Part shown: in pieces, positions 1 to 12,669 of the stretch
How positions within the stretch are numbered: the stretch's first letter is position 1
How the letters are laid out: each line of letters opens with the position of its first letter
Origin: Chiloscyllium plagiosum
Lineage: Eukaryota
Reading direction: 5' to 3'
DNA: 64,000 nucleotides
Assembly (NCBI RefSeq): GCF_004010195.1
Contig: NC_057728.1
Location: forward strand, 51,945,459 to 52,009,458
Translations under genes and position numbers: made by a program
Notes under the pieces: generated by a model
What the model was told of the DNA's origin: nothing
Seen by the model: only the letters and a program-made list of their open reading frames with translations
The model's database searches: none

Positions 1-150
1 GGGAGTGGGGGAGGGGAAGAGTGGGGGAGCGGAAGATTGGGGGAGGGGGAAGAGGGATGGGGGAGAAGGGGAAGGGGGAGGGGAAGTGAGGGGCAGCAGC
101 AGCATCCCGCTGGGCGTGGGGGGTAATTGGACAGGGGGCGGGGGCAAAGG
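1..150 (+). repeat. G-rich purine tract (potential G-quadruplex) in RFX4 intron 1
   Basis: Many GGG/GGGG runs separated by short loops. Confidence 0.6.
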
Positions 151-307
151 CAATGAGCAGGCTGGAGCTGGAGAGTCCCATCTCTCAATTCCCTCACCCG
201 AACTCCCCAAGTCTCACGCCCTAACCCGCACCCCCAAGGCCGACAAAGCCCAGCAGCCGCACCAGTACCCCAGCAGAGCCTGTAGGGACAGGGGGCTGTG
301 TTACTGG

Positions 308-645
308 GAGAGAGTGAGAGAGAGACTGCGTCTGAGTGTGTGTGAGACAGTGTGTGTATGTCTGTGTGTGAGAGAGGGTGTCTGTGTGTGTGTATGTGTA
401 AGAGTGTGTCTGTGTGTGCCTGTGTGTGTCTGTGTGTGAGAGAGGGTGTGTGTGCTGTGTGTTCGTGTGTGTGTCTGTGTGTTAGTGTGCCTGTGTGAGT
501 GTGTGCCTGTGTGTTAGTGTGTCTGTGAATGTGAGTGTCTGTGTGTGTCTGTGTCTGTGTGTCTGTGTGTGTGTGTGCGTATGTGCCTGTGTCTGTGTTT
601 GTGTGTGAGTATGTGTGTGTGTGTGTCTGAGTGAGTGTGTGTGGG
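308..645. repeat. Degenerate (GT)n/(GA)n microsatellite
   Basis: Visible GT dinucleotide tract with GA/CT interruptions. Confidence 0.95.
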
Positions 646-987
646 AGGGTATACCCCTTACCTCCACAACACTCCCCACCCCTCCGCAGCCCAACTGTTC
701 AGGAGAGAGGAGGGGGACCCTGGGATGTTGTTTCTGAAAAAGAAACCAGCCAGGAGGAGATTGTGTGCATCAAAAAGAAAGTTTAACAAAGGCTGAGGTA
801 CCGGCAAAACTGCAAACAACTTCAACCCATTGCAAACAGGGAGGGAGTGGGGGTGTGGGAACTTTACCCTCCAGAAGAAGAACTCATTCCACACTGACTC
901 TCTCCCTCCTTTCCAATGGAGATTTGGATTCTGTCGAGGCGGATACAGATACCCCAACCCCCCCTTCATCCTCAAGAAAACACCAAC

Positions 988-1030
988 CTGTTGAATCCAT
1001 GTCTGAATCTTCCAATAATTCACAATGCAT
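988..1030 (-). CDS. RFX4: RFX4 first coding exon (brain isoform N-terminus); gene continues beyond the left edge of the window
   Basis: Minus strand ATGCATTGTGAATTATTGGAAGATTCAGACATGGATTCAACAG|gttggt encodes MHCELLEDSDMDST, matching recalled human MHCGLLEEPDMDST; 43 nt then GT donor at 987-986; same order and orientation after POLR3B as in human. A weak-context in-frame ATG lies at 1036. Confidence 0.9.
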
Positions 1031-1460
1031 GCTCATCTAGTGGAGTCGGCTGGCTGCAGATAGATCTCTCTCTCTCTGGGATAACTCGGGGTGTGTGTCT
1101 GTATCTGTGTGTGTGTGTGATCCGTCAGAATGTTTGCTGATGTTGCAATGAAGAGAGAAGGGTCGATCAGAGCGGTGTCATTGATAGGCCGGGAACGTGA
1201 TGACTGGCAGCTTGCCTCTATGGGCCAATGTGACCAGGCGTTACTGTGGGCCATTGTGATGGTAGTTTGAATAAGAAAAGATTTTTTTTGGGAGAAAAAA
1301 AGAGGGTGGGGTGGGGGGGGGGGGGGTGGGCTTAGATATACGCAAGTCTCGCATTTCACCCTCCCTTTCCATTATATCCGAGAAAGTGCCTTTCTTCCTT
1401 CTTGATTTAAACTCCCGGGAGCTGCTCTCGCTTCTCATTATGGGGTCTTAATGAAAACTG
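1031..1460 (-). promoter_or_regulatory. Putative RFX4 5'UTR and proximal promoter
   Basis: Directly upstream of the ATG; free of interspersed repeats; CpG-richer than flanks; CCAAT near 1225, Sox-like CATTGT near 1252, G-run 1303-1330. Confidence 0.55.
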
Positions 1461-2747
1461 GCTGGCTTCTGAATGCAGTTTAATGCCACTGTGCTTATTG
1501 GCAGTGCACTAGCCAGTTATTCCCCCCTCTCTCTCTCTCTCTCTCTCTCTGTCCCTTGCCACTTGTTTGACCAGATTTTGTGCGTTTCCTTTGTATCCTT
1601 TTTTGTGTCTGGTTGTTTTCAATCTTATTTTAACCCCTCTCCCCAAAACGCAGGGTGAACATTCACCGCACAAGCTTGTTATATCGTTGGCAGGGAACTG
1701 TCACAGAAAGAGGCTGTTAACTCTCCGGACTGTTCCCTTTTGCGAGTCCCGAAGTGTTGCTGGAAAACGCTTAATACACAGCGTGTTCACCAGGAGCTGG
1801 CAGTGATTAGAATATGAATGAAGCTTAGAGAGAGAGAGTGAGTGAGTGAGATGGGCCAGATTCCTCCTGAAGTTTAAACAGCATGTTAGGAATGAGTGCC
1901 TGACAGCAAAACCCCGTCTGATATTGTCACATTTTATGCATTTTCTACACACGGGAGAGAGAGAGAGACTGAGATTCTTGGGTACCAGCTGCAAAGTTGT
2001 GCCACTACTCAGAGTGAAACCCCCAGTCACAGGAACTCGGCTTCTTCAAATAACACACAAGCTGGCGTTTCATGTCCAGATATTGCACAGAGCCAAGACA
2101 GGATTCTCGCTTCTGAGAGAGTTCTGACATCCCCAAGATGTACAAAGTGAGGAAAAAGCAAACTTGCCCAGTGCAGAATCAATTCACACCGTTAAATGTA
2201 ACTCTGGGGCTGTGCATTTAGACAGAATTTTATTCTTACTCCACGTCGGAGTCTCTCTTTTTTGTCTTAAACAGCCACACACATGTGAAAGATGCCCAGG
2301 GTTAGCTCCCCCTGTGTACCGAGCTGGATTTTTTTTTCTTTGGCTAAATTGCATTGTCTTCCCGTAGCCAGGGTCCTATCACTTTCATTCTAATTGGATG
2401 GTTAAATGAGCTGCTGATTCTACAGGCCGTCCACCTCATTAAAACGAGATTAGTATTGACAGGTTTAATCTGTATCCAACATTACACCTTACACAAATAA
2501 TCCATCTCTCCGGGCTCAAACCAACCAGTGCCTGGAGGCCATTTCTAGTCATCTCAGTCACAACGTTACACCGTGCTCGATCCCTCTGGACCCTCAGAGA
2601 TCTGCATTGATACAGCGACTTTCAGCGTCACTGGTAAGGGCACTGCATGATCCCACTAAGAGCATGGTGATAGGGATCAGACTGACCTGAGACTGATTGA
2701 GACATCTTTTCTCATTCAAACAGGATGGGTTACTTTGATCTGCGAAG

Positions 2748-2948
2748 TCATGATGTGGAGGTGCCGGTGTTGGACTGGGGTGGACAAAGTTCAAAATCAC
2801 ACAACACCAGGTTATAGTCCAACAGGTTTTTATTTGGAAGCACTAGCTTTCTGGCACAACCACCTGATGAAGGAGCAGTGCTCCGAAAGCTAGTGCTTCC
2901 AAATAAACCTGTTGGACTGTAACCTGGTGTTGTGTGATTTTTAACTTT
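2748..2948. mobile_element. Mini PLE terminal-repeat element, foldback, with hammerhead motif
   Basis: Inverted arms ~2787-2851 and ~2884-2948; same sequence family as the termini of the PLE at 6227-8988. Confidence 0.75.
2861..2895 (+). ncRNA. Minimal type I hammerhead ribozyme motif
   Basis: CAC-CTGATGA-A-GGAGC agt GCTCC-GAAA-GCTA^GTG: intact core, stem II, palindromic AGCT stem III, CAC/GTG stem I. Confidence 0.8.
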
Positions 2949-3289
2949 ATCTGAGAAGGCGAGAGAGAGTCGTGGTTTTAGGTTTTAATGTGAAAGAATT
3001 CCTCCATCAGGGCCTCCCTCCCTCAGCATTGCATTGGAAATGCCAGCTGAGCTTAACAGTAATAAGTAAGGATAGCTCAGGCACAAACCTTCTCTCTCAA
3101 AAGCATGAGCATTATCCACAAAGACAAAATGTTCCCCATGGATCTTAACCCTGCAATGCCTGGTTATCAACCCTCCAACTACTGGAAGCAGGAACATTCC
3201 TTTTCCATATGCTGCAAAACAATGTATGGAACGTTATATTCACACCATACAGGTGTCCAGCAATAACTATCTCTAACAACTAATTGTTT

Positions 3290-4225
3290 CATTTGTCATT
3301 TATATAAACAATTTACATAATAGTATAGAAGGCATGGTTATTAAGCTTGCAGATGAAACCAAAATTGGTGATGTAGCGGACATTGATCAATTGGGTCAAT
3401 GGGCTGACAGCGGCAGATGGAGTTTAATTTGGTTAAATGCAAGGTATTGCATTTTGGCAAAACAAACAAGGGCAGGACTTATTCAGTTAAAAGTAGGGCC
3501 TTAGGTAGCACTGTAGAAGAGAGAGACACAGGGGTTGATGTACATATTTCTTTGAAGTTTGTGTCACATATATACAGGGTGGTTGAGAGGGCTTTTACCA
3601 TGCTTGCCTTCATTGCTCAGACCTTAAGTATAGGAGTTGGGTTTGAATTGTACAGGACAATGGTGAGACATCTTGTGGAGTACTGCGCCCAGTTTTGGTC
3701 ACCTTGTTATATGAAGGATATTATTAAACTGGAGTGGGTTCAGAAAAGATTTACCAGGATATTGCCAGGAATGGAGGGTTTAATTTATAAGGAGAGGTTG
3801 GATAGGCTGGGAAATTTTTCATTGGCGCATAAAAGGTTGAAGAATGACCTTATAGAGATTTATAAAATCATGAGGGGCACAGATAAGGTGAATGGTAGAA
3901 ATCGTTTCACTAGAGTTGGAGATTTCAAGATTTCAAGATTAGGGAGCACATTTTTCAGGTGAGGGGGGAAAGATTTTAAAAAATGACATGACAGGAATTT
4001 TATTTTACACAGAGAGTGGTTTGTATGTGGAATGAACTTCCAGGGGAAGTGATGGATGTGGTTACAGTTACAGCATTTTAAAGAATTTGGATAAGTACAT
4101 GATTAAGAAATGGTTGGAAGGATATGGACCAAGCGCATGGAAGGTTGGACTAGTTTAGTTTGGGATTATGGTTGGTATGCACTGGTTAGATCGAAGGGTC
4201 TGCTTCCATGCTGTATGACTCTATC
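3290..4225 (+). mobile_element. CR1 LINE 3' fragment (RT C-terminus and tail)
   Basis: ORF 3417-3962 MEFNLVKCKVLHFG...LVEYCAQFWSP...; TATGACTC-type tail. Confidence 0.9.
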
Positions 4226-4239
4226 TCTTCATAACATTC

Positions 4240-5260
4240 AATGGCATTATCTTTTTGAGTACTGAACTATCTTGATCTCGGGGTTTGCCATTGAACAGAA
4301 ACTGAACTGCAGTAGCTATATAAATTAAAGCAAAATACTGTGAATACCAAAATCTGAAATAAAAATTGAAAGTGTTGAAGAAACTCAGCAGGTCTAAGAA
4401 CATTTGTGGAGAGAGAAAAACGGCGTTAATGTTTTAACTTCAATTATTCTTCTTCAGAGCTCAACGTTCCTCAGGTTATGAAACCAAAATGTCATTGGAC
4501 TCAAAAGGTTAATTCTGTCTCTTTCTCTACAGATGCTGTCAGATCTGCTGAGTTTCTCATGTGTTTTCTGTTTTTAATAGTCATATAAATACTCAGAGGA
4601 AGGAATACTGGAGTAACTCATCTTCTGACTCCTCAAATTCTGCCCACCATCTATAAGTTACAAGTCAGGAATGTGGCAAAATACAAGGCTTTGGGTCAAG
4701 TTCTTGAAAATACAATTACAATAGTTAGGTGGTTGTTTTTTATTCTATGCTGGCGATCTCTAAGAGTCATCTGCCTGGACAGGTGCAGCTCCATCAACAT
4801 TTGAAGTTTGAAACCATCCAGAACAAAGCAGCCTGCTTGACTGGCACCACATCCACCACCTGCAACATTCACTCTCTCACTACTCTCACAAAGTGACAGC
4901 ATAGTGTACCATCCACAAGATGCATTGGAGCAACTCACCAAGGCTCCTCCAAGAGCACTTTCCAAACACATGAGCTCTAACACTGACCGGGACAAGAGCA
5001 GCAGATGGATGGTGCGCCATAATCTGCAAATCCCCTCCAAATCACATACCATCGCAATCTGGAAAATATCATAGTTCCTTCACTGTCACTGGGGCAAAAT
5101 CCTGGAACTTCTTTCCTAACAGAACTGTGGGGATGTCCCTTTCCACATGGACTGCAGTGATTCAAGGCAGTGGCTCAGCACCACTTTCGCCAGGGCAGCT
5201 AGATAGAGTATTATACTGGAGCAGCCAACATTATGCATATCCCTTGAATGAATAACAACA
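4240..5260 (+). mobile_element. Old CR1/L2-like LINE 3' fragment interrupted by a foldback PLE-type mini element (~4326-4575)
   Basis: Degenerate IQNKAACL / TIHKMH-type RT C-terminal motifs; the insert has inverted arms. Confidence 0.6.
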
Positions 5261-5379
5261 TACAAAAGTATGCTTCTATTTCCAGAATTTTAGGCACACT
5301 CAATTCATTTACTTAATGAAATCTAGGTGTCACAAGCAAGGACAGCATTAATGGCCCATCCCTAATTGCAATATGTTAT

Positions 5380-5720
5380 CTGCAGTTGGTAGGTTGAGAA
5401 ACATTTCAAACAAACTAAAATGGAACAGCAAGGGGGAGATCCATTTTGGGACTAACAAAAGCAGGAAGATCCGTCTTGGTGAGCATATCCTGAATAAGGA
5501 GCTGGAGAACAGAACCTCAAGAGTTATAATCTCTAGATTATTACCTGAGCTACGTGCAAAGTGCTGTGGTGAGAAGCAGAGGGCAGAGGTAAATGCACAG
5601 CTGAAAGACTGGTGTAGGACATGGGTGCAGGTACTGGGGAAGGAGGGAATGGTACCATAATGGCAGTCTCCACCAGGTCTTTTGAAAAGGAGAAATAGGA
5701 TAGTCATAAGGAGCTTAAAC
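5380..5720 (+). mobile_element. Decayed CR1 ORF1 (esterase-like) remnant
   Basis: RTSRVIISRLLPE..EVNAQLKDWC resembles the ORF1 of the CR1 at 34566. Confidence 0.5.
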
Positions 5721-6226
5721 TAGTCAAGGCTGGCAGATGGGGAAAGGGTTCAGGTGGAAAAGGTATTTACTGTATTCAGATATAAGCAGATACAAGAAAA
5801 GTGTTGAGCACCAGTGAGAAATAATAGCTTAGACACTATACAGAACAGGGAATATAAAATATGTAGAGATTCAACCAGGAGAGAGAAATGAGAAACATAG
5901 GAACAAAATGTTAAAGGAAAAGGATAAATTAGTTGTAGTTCCAGCACCCCATCCTAGGAAGGGCAGTTATTTTTAATCCACCTATTGGACAACAATGACA
6001 TACTTCTCCTAGGATGGGTGGGACTTGAACACAGACCTTCTCGCTCAGAGACAGGGCACAACCATTGTATCACAAGACCCTTCCCTCGACAGGATATATC
6101 GAGCCTAGAGAAAAGGCAGTGAAGATTTACCAGAATTCTACTTAGATGCTACGTGAAGTTAGGAGAAGTTAAGCAACTTAGGGTTGCATTCCCTGGAGTT
6201 AAGGAGACTAATAAACATCTGGCTAA

Positions 6227-8988
6227 AAATCCCACATCAGGTTCTAGTCCAACAGGTTTATTCAGAAGCGCTAGCTTTTAGAGCACTGCTCCTTCATCAG
6301 GTGGTATAGGATCATAAGACACAGAATTTATAGCAAAGGATCACAGTGTCACCCAACTGAAACGATATTTTGAACAAACCTGGATTATTGTTAAGTCTTT
6401 CATCTTTTAGAATGGGTTGCAGGTTTCAGTTCATTAACATGTAAATCCCAGAACTTTAAGTGAGATTCTTGAGATAACTTCAGGTTTTATTTTAAAAAGG
6501 TGACATCTCTGGAGGCCTGTGACCAGTGGTGTGCCACAAGGATTGATTCTGGGTCCACTACTTTTTGTCATTTATATAAATGATTTGAATGTGAGCATAA
6601 GAGGTACAGTTAGTAAGTTTGCAGATGACACCAAAGTTGGAGGTGTAATGGACAGCGAAGAATGTTAGGGTCTAGGTTAGAGTGGTGCTGGAAAAGCACA
6701 GCAGGTCAGGCAGCATCCAAGGGAGCAGGAAAATCAACGTTTTGGGCAAAAGCCTTTCTTCAGGAACGTCGATTTTCCTGCTACCTCGGATACTGCCTGA
6801 CCTGCTGTGCTTTTCCAGCACCACTCTAATCTAGACTCTGATTTCCAGCATCTGCAGCCCTCATTTTTGCCGAGTGAAGAAAATTACCCAAGATTATAGC
6901 AGGATCTGGACCAGATGGGCCAATGGGCTGAGAAGTGGCAGATGGAGTTTAATTCAGATAAATGTGAGGTGCTGCATTTTGGGAAAGCAAATCTTAGCAG
7001 GACTTATATACTTATAGGGTCCGAGGGAGTGTTGCTGAACAAAGAGACCTTGGAGTGCAGGTTCATAGCTCCTTGAAAGTGGAGTCACAGGTAGATAGGA
7101 TAGTGAAGAAGGTGTTTGGTATGTTTTCCTTTATTGGTCAGAGTATTGAGTATTGAAGTCAGGAGGTCATGTTGCGGCTGTACAGGACATTGGTTAGACC
7201 ACTTTTGGAATATTGCGCGCAATTCTGGTCTCCTTCCTATCGGAAGGATGTTGTGAAAATTGAAAGGGTTCAGAAAAGATTGGCAAGGATGTTGCCAGGG
7301 TTGGAAGATTTGAGCTATAGGGAGAGGTTGAATAGGCTGGGGCTGTTTTCGCTGGAGCTTCGGTGAGTGGTGACCTTATACAGGTTTATAAATCATGAGG
7401 GGTATGGATAGGATAAATAGACAAACTTTCTTCCCTGGGGTGGAGTCCAGAACTAGAGGGCATAGGTTTAGGGTGAGAGGGGAATAAAATAGACCCAAGG
7501 AGCAACTTTTACACGCAGCGGGTGGTAATTGTATGGAATGGGCTGCCAGAGGAAGTGGTGGAGGCTGGTACAATTGCAACATTTAAAAGTCATCTGGATC
7601 AGTATATGAATAGGAAGGGTTTAGAGAGATATGGGCCAAGTGCTGGCAGGTCGTCGGACTAGATTGGTTTGGGATATCTGGTCAGCAATGGATGAGTTGG
7701 AGTGAAAGGTCTGTGTCCGTGCTGTATATCTCTATGACTCTATGATTCTATCTCAGCTCAAGCAATGTATTAAAGGTGTGAGGTTAGAGTCTATCTGTAT
7801 CTCAATTATGAGTCAAATTGGTTCTATTTCCAAAGTAAGAATTTATAAAATATTACATGGATTGACTGCCTGCCTGCAGGTTGTGCACTTTTTGAGCAAA
7901 ATAGAATGTGTTTACAAACGCAAATTCACCCATTGGACTTATATGTGTGTGTGCGTTCATGACAGAGAGAGTGAGTGAATGCGTGCATGTGAGTGTGAGT
8001 GTGCATGAAAGAGTGTTTGTGTGTGTGTATGCTTGGTAAAGTGCGTGTGTGAGTGTGATGGAGTATAAGCCTGTAAGAAGGTGTGCGCATGGGTGAGAAT
8101 GTGGGGGCTGTGTGTGGGTGTATGAGAAAAAGCGTGTATGAGAGAGGGCCTGCGTGAGTGTGTGAGTATGTAAGAGTGCATGTATGAGAGAGTGTATAGT
8201 GCAATGGGGTCACCTGTAGTGTGACATGAACCCAAGGACCCAGTTGAGGCCATCCTCATGGGTACCAAACCTTGCTATCAGCCTTTGCTTGGCCACTTTT
8301 CATTGTTGCCTTCCACCCTGGAGGACGGTCACCCGAAGATCCGAGGCCAAATGTCCCTGCCCGCTGAAATGGGAGGGAACACCCCTATCTGACGATTGTT
8401 GTGCAGTGTCCATTCATCCGTTGTTGTAGCGCCTACATGGTCTCGCCAATGTACCATGCTTTGGGGTATCCTTGCCTACAGCATATGAGATAAACAATGT
8501 TGGCCGAGTCACATGAGTACCTGCCAGGTACATGGAGGGTGGTGTCCCCATGTGTAACGGTGGTATCTATGTCAATACTCTGACATGTCTTGTAGTGGTT
8601 GCCGTGACAGGGCTGTATGGTGTTGTGGTCCATGTTGTCCTGAAGGCTGGGCAGATTGCTGCGAACAATGATCTGTTTAAGGTTTGTCAGTTGTTTAGAG
8701 GTGAGAAGTGGAGGTGTAGTGAAGGTCTTGGCGAGGATTTATATATTAATGAACCGAAACCTGCAACACATTCTATAAGATGAAAGACTTAACAGCAATC
8801 TAGGTTTTCTCAATATATCATTAATCTTTTGTTGTAAATTGCATCTTATGATCCTGTCCCACAGCTACCTGATGAAGGAGCGGTGCTCTGAAAGCTAGTG
8901 CTTCCAAATATACCAGTTGGACTAGAACCTGGAGTTGTGTGGTTTTTAACTTTGTCCACCCCAGTTCAACACCAGCTCCTCCACATCA
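6227..8988 (-). mobile_element. Penelope-like element (GIY-YIG) with inverted terminal repeat, interrupted by a CR1 (6449-7748)
   Basis: YSCDSANIVYLICCRQG..YIGET on minus (8433-8633); 8736-8988 inverted relative to 6227-6445; degenerate TSD ataaacatctggctaa (6211-6226) / ataaagatctgattaa (8989-9004); hammerhead at 8866-8900. Confidence 0.85.
6449..7748 (+). mobile_element. CR1 LINE 3' part, itself interrupted by a mini foldback PLE element (6668-6872)
   Basis: GVPQG and KFADDTK RT motifs, LEYCAQFWSP, (TATGAYTC)n tail. Confidence 0.9.
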
Positions 8989-9379
8989 ATAAAGATCTGA
9001 TTAACATTTTCATATTACGGTGATAGCTAGGGTAGAGAGCGATGCTTTCTGCTGCTTGGAGAATCTGGAATAAGGTGGCATAATCTATATTTTAGAGTCA
9101 ATTCTTTCAGGTGTGAAATTAGAAATCTTTTCTCCACAAATACTTGATTGAAATTTAGAACTCTTCTGCAAATGATGATTGATGTTACATCAAATGTTAA
9201 TGTTTAATTATTGACAATTGTTTGTTATTCAAAGGGATATGAGGCAAAATGGATTTAGGTTGCAGGTTGGCCACTATCTCATTGAACAATAGACTATACT
9301 CTAGGGGCTAAATTATTGCATTCTGTTGCTTTGTTCTATGTTCACATAACTCTGAAAGCACTGAAAATATCACTGAATG

Positions 9380-10270
9380 TCAAAGGCAGATTGTAAGATT
9401 TTCTTGCTGAAGGATGGTCATTGCCTGGTCTCTTTCAGCCAAGCCTGAATGTTGTCCAGACTTTGCTACTCATTGTCACAAACTATTTCAATATCTGAGG
9501 AGACATGAATGACGCTGAACATTGTGCATTCATTAATGAACATCCCACTTCTGATCTTACGATGGAGGGAAGAACATCTGAAGAGATCTCAATCTATAAC
9601 ACTATCACAGGGAACTCTTCTAGTGCCCTCCAACAATAACAACCATCTTCCTTTGTGCCACATATGACTCCAGCCAGTACAGAGTTTTCCCTGGATTCTC
9701 ACTGATTTCAATTTTGCCAGGCTCCTCAATGCTCTGCTTGGTCAGATACTGTTTCATGTCAAGGGCAGTCACTCTCACCTTACCTCTTGAAATTAGCTCT
9801 TTACTCGTTGTTTGAACAAAGGCTGTAATGATATCGGAAGTTGAGTGGTTCTGGCAGAACAGAAACTGAGAGTCAGTGAGTAGGTCATTGATGAATAAGT
9901 GCCACTTGACTGTCGACAACCTCTTAAATCACATTGCTGATGATCAAGAGTGGACTGATGGGGTTGTAATTAGCCAGGTTGGATTTGTCCTACTTTTTGT
10001 GAACAGGACAATACTGGACAATTTTCCACATTGCCAGGTAGGTGACAGCATTGTAGCTGTAATGGAACAACTTGGGTAGGAGCATGGTATGTTCTTGAGC
10101 ACAAGTCTTCATTCCTACAACTGAGATGCTTTCAGGACTAGAACCTATGCAATATCGAGTGCCTTTATCCATTCCTTGATGGCATGCGGAGTGATGCATA
10201 TTATTTTGAAGACTGCTATCTGTGATGCTGGGAACCTTAGGCAAAGGCCAAGATGGATCATGGCACCTTT
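9380..10270 (-). mobile_element. Decayed CR1/L2-like LINE RT region
   Basis: Remnant RT peptides (NHSTSDIITAFVQ, VTALDMK, WLESYVAQRKMVV) in minus-strand ORFs. Confidence 0.65.
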
Positions 10271-10974
10271 GACAAGAGGGTGACAAACACTCTGGCAGCC
10301 TTCTGTGCCATAATAGTGTTGCAATCAGCAAACTTGGTCCTTGTTAATTCTCTGTACAGAAACTCAATTACTGTGCAAACTATTTCCTTCAAGTTCGCAA
10401 TAATTTATTGTCTTTAACACCCTCATAGACAGCAAGTTCCAGTTCACTGCCGCTCATGATGTAAAACTGTTCTTCCTCACTTCCCCTTTGCATCCCTTGC
10501 CCAAACCCTTCAAGTCTATTTTCTCCCACTCCCTGTAACATCAGCTATCAGCAAGTTTTTCTATATCTAAAACTATGATCTTGTACACCTTTCTCAAGGA
10601 GAAACATCCCCAGCTTCTCCATCCTAACCTTGTAGCTGGGATCTCTCATCCAGTAAGTCTCCTCTGCACTTTCTCAAGGACCACATTCTTCCTAAAGTAC
10701 AGGAACCAGAACTGTACAAAATGTTCCAGTTGTGGCCTAAGCAAAGTTTCATGAAATTCGGCAGAACCTCCCTGCATTTGTACTCAATATCTCCACTCAT
10801 GGAGCTCAATATACAATGTGCTGGTGACCAGTTTTCCAGTATGCACTGCTTAAAATTTATTCAGCTATGATTTAGTGAATGGAGCACAGCCTAGAAGGGC
10901 TGAGTGGCCTACTCTTGCTTGTAGACTTCTCTAACTGATGTGAGAGGCTCCCTCATTATTGAGGATAGGGGATT

Positions 10975-11210
10975 TGATTAGATTAGATTACAGTGTGGAA
11001 ACAGGCCCTTCGGCCCAACAAGTCCACACCGACCTGTCGAAGCGCAACCCACCCAGACCCCTACATTTACCCCTTACCTAACACTACGGGCAATTTAGCA
11101 TGGCCAATTCACCTGACCTGCACATCTTTGGACTGTGGGAGGAAACCGGAGCACCCGGAGGAAACCCACGCAGACACGGGGAGAATGTGCAAACTCCACA
11201 CAGTCAGTCG
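10975..11210 (-). mobile_element. HE1-type SINE, 5' truncated
   Basis: Same body and CR1-derived tail as the copy at 25820; (TAGAT)n end. Confidence 0.8.
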
Positions 11211-11312
11211 ATTGTTTGTGAAATGCCCACCTTCTGAAAAGGTATTTCATTATCCATCACAATTCTCAACTGGACATGGCAGGACTCTGATCTGATACTG
11301 TGGGATCATTTA

Positions 11313-11570
11313 CTTATTTCTATTGGATGTAGGTTTGCTCGCTGAGCTGAAAGGTTCATTTTCAGACGTTTCATTATCTTACCAGGAAACATCTCCAGTG
11401 GACCTCATGCGAAGCAATAGTGAAAATTCCTGCTTTCTATTTATATGTTTGGGTTTCTTTGAGTTGGTGATGTCTATTCCTGTGGTGATGTTATTTCCTG
11501 TAATGAAGTCACTTCCTGTTCCTTTTCTCAGGGGATGGTAGATGGTCTCAAAACTTGCTAAGTTATTTCT
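11313..11570 (-). mobile_element. PLE terminal-repeat fragment with degenerate hammerhead
   Basis: Homologous to 57785-58055. Confidence 0.7.
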
Positions 11571-12669
11571 ATAGAAAGCTGCTTCTGCTGTCTGGTTTGC
11601 TTTAAGCCCTCTATTGTAGTTGCAGCAGGTTGGCACCTATATTGAATACACCTATGTGCTTAATTCTGCTCCTAGCAGACGTTCCTTTACTCCCCACACA
11701 CTGCTGAGATTGTTCAAGTAAGCAACATGCCAATGAGGCTACATACAATTGTTGAAGGCTCACAGTACCTCAGGAATGGCAGATTTTGAACCTCTATATC
11801 TATAGTGAACCAATTGCAATTAGCACATGACCATGCCCCACTGGGCAAGTGCTGATGTAGCGGCAATACCCACCATGGCAAATGGTGAAATCGGAATTAA
11901 ATGTATTCTGGATTTTCAAAGGTAGCTTAATGGTGACCGTGTTAACACTGTCAATTATTGTACACTGATTCACTAATGCCCCTTAAAGTCTGCCATCCTT
12001 ACCGAGACATGACTCTGGACCAACAGCAATGTGGTTGAGTATTCACTACCCGCTGGGCAGCTCAGGACAGGCTGGCCTAGCCAGTGATACCCTCATTCTA
12101 TCAATCAATTTAAAAAAAAACTCCAGCTCTCAATTTCAATACAGGATTACTTTTATTGCTTCATGGGATGACAGTACCACTATTGAGACCAGCATTTTGT
12201 TGCCTAAAGGTCCTTAAACCGATTAGGTCTCTGGGCCATTTCAGAGGGCAGTTGAGAGTCAACCACATTGGCCAGATTAGATAAGGGTAGCATACTTCCC
12301 TCATCATCAGACTAGATTTAACTTCAGATATGTATTGCTGTGGTGGATTTGAACCAACGTTCCCCAAAATATAGCTGGGCCTTGGAATTATTAGACATTA
12401 AATTAAGGGAGGTAGTGTGATGTTGTAATGATGGGGAAAGATGTAAAACTTTTATAGAGGAAGAGATTGTTCCTGTTCAGATACAATATTTTATGAGTAA
12501 TCCAACTTTGAAATACCAGAATAAATAAAGTATAAGAAGAAATTGAATAAAATGCAATTTGTATGGGAGCTTCCTGCTGGAAGCACTCAGTAGATGAGAC
12601 ACACCACAGAGAGCTTTGTTTTTGTGATCCTTCGAGAATTTTGTGGACAGCTTATAAATGAGTTAATTT

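Noticed and set aside
5..694. ORFs 5-439 and 482-694
   Set aside because: Translations of a G-rich tract and a GT microsatellite
658..1140. Overlapping ORFs around the RFX4 exon
   Set aside because: Wrong frame or strand; only the 43-nt exon matches a known protein
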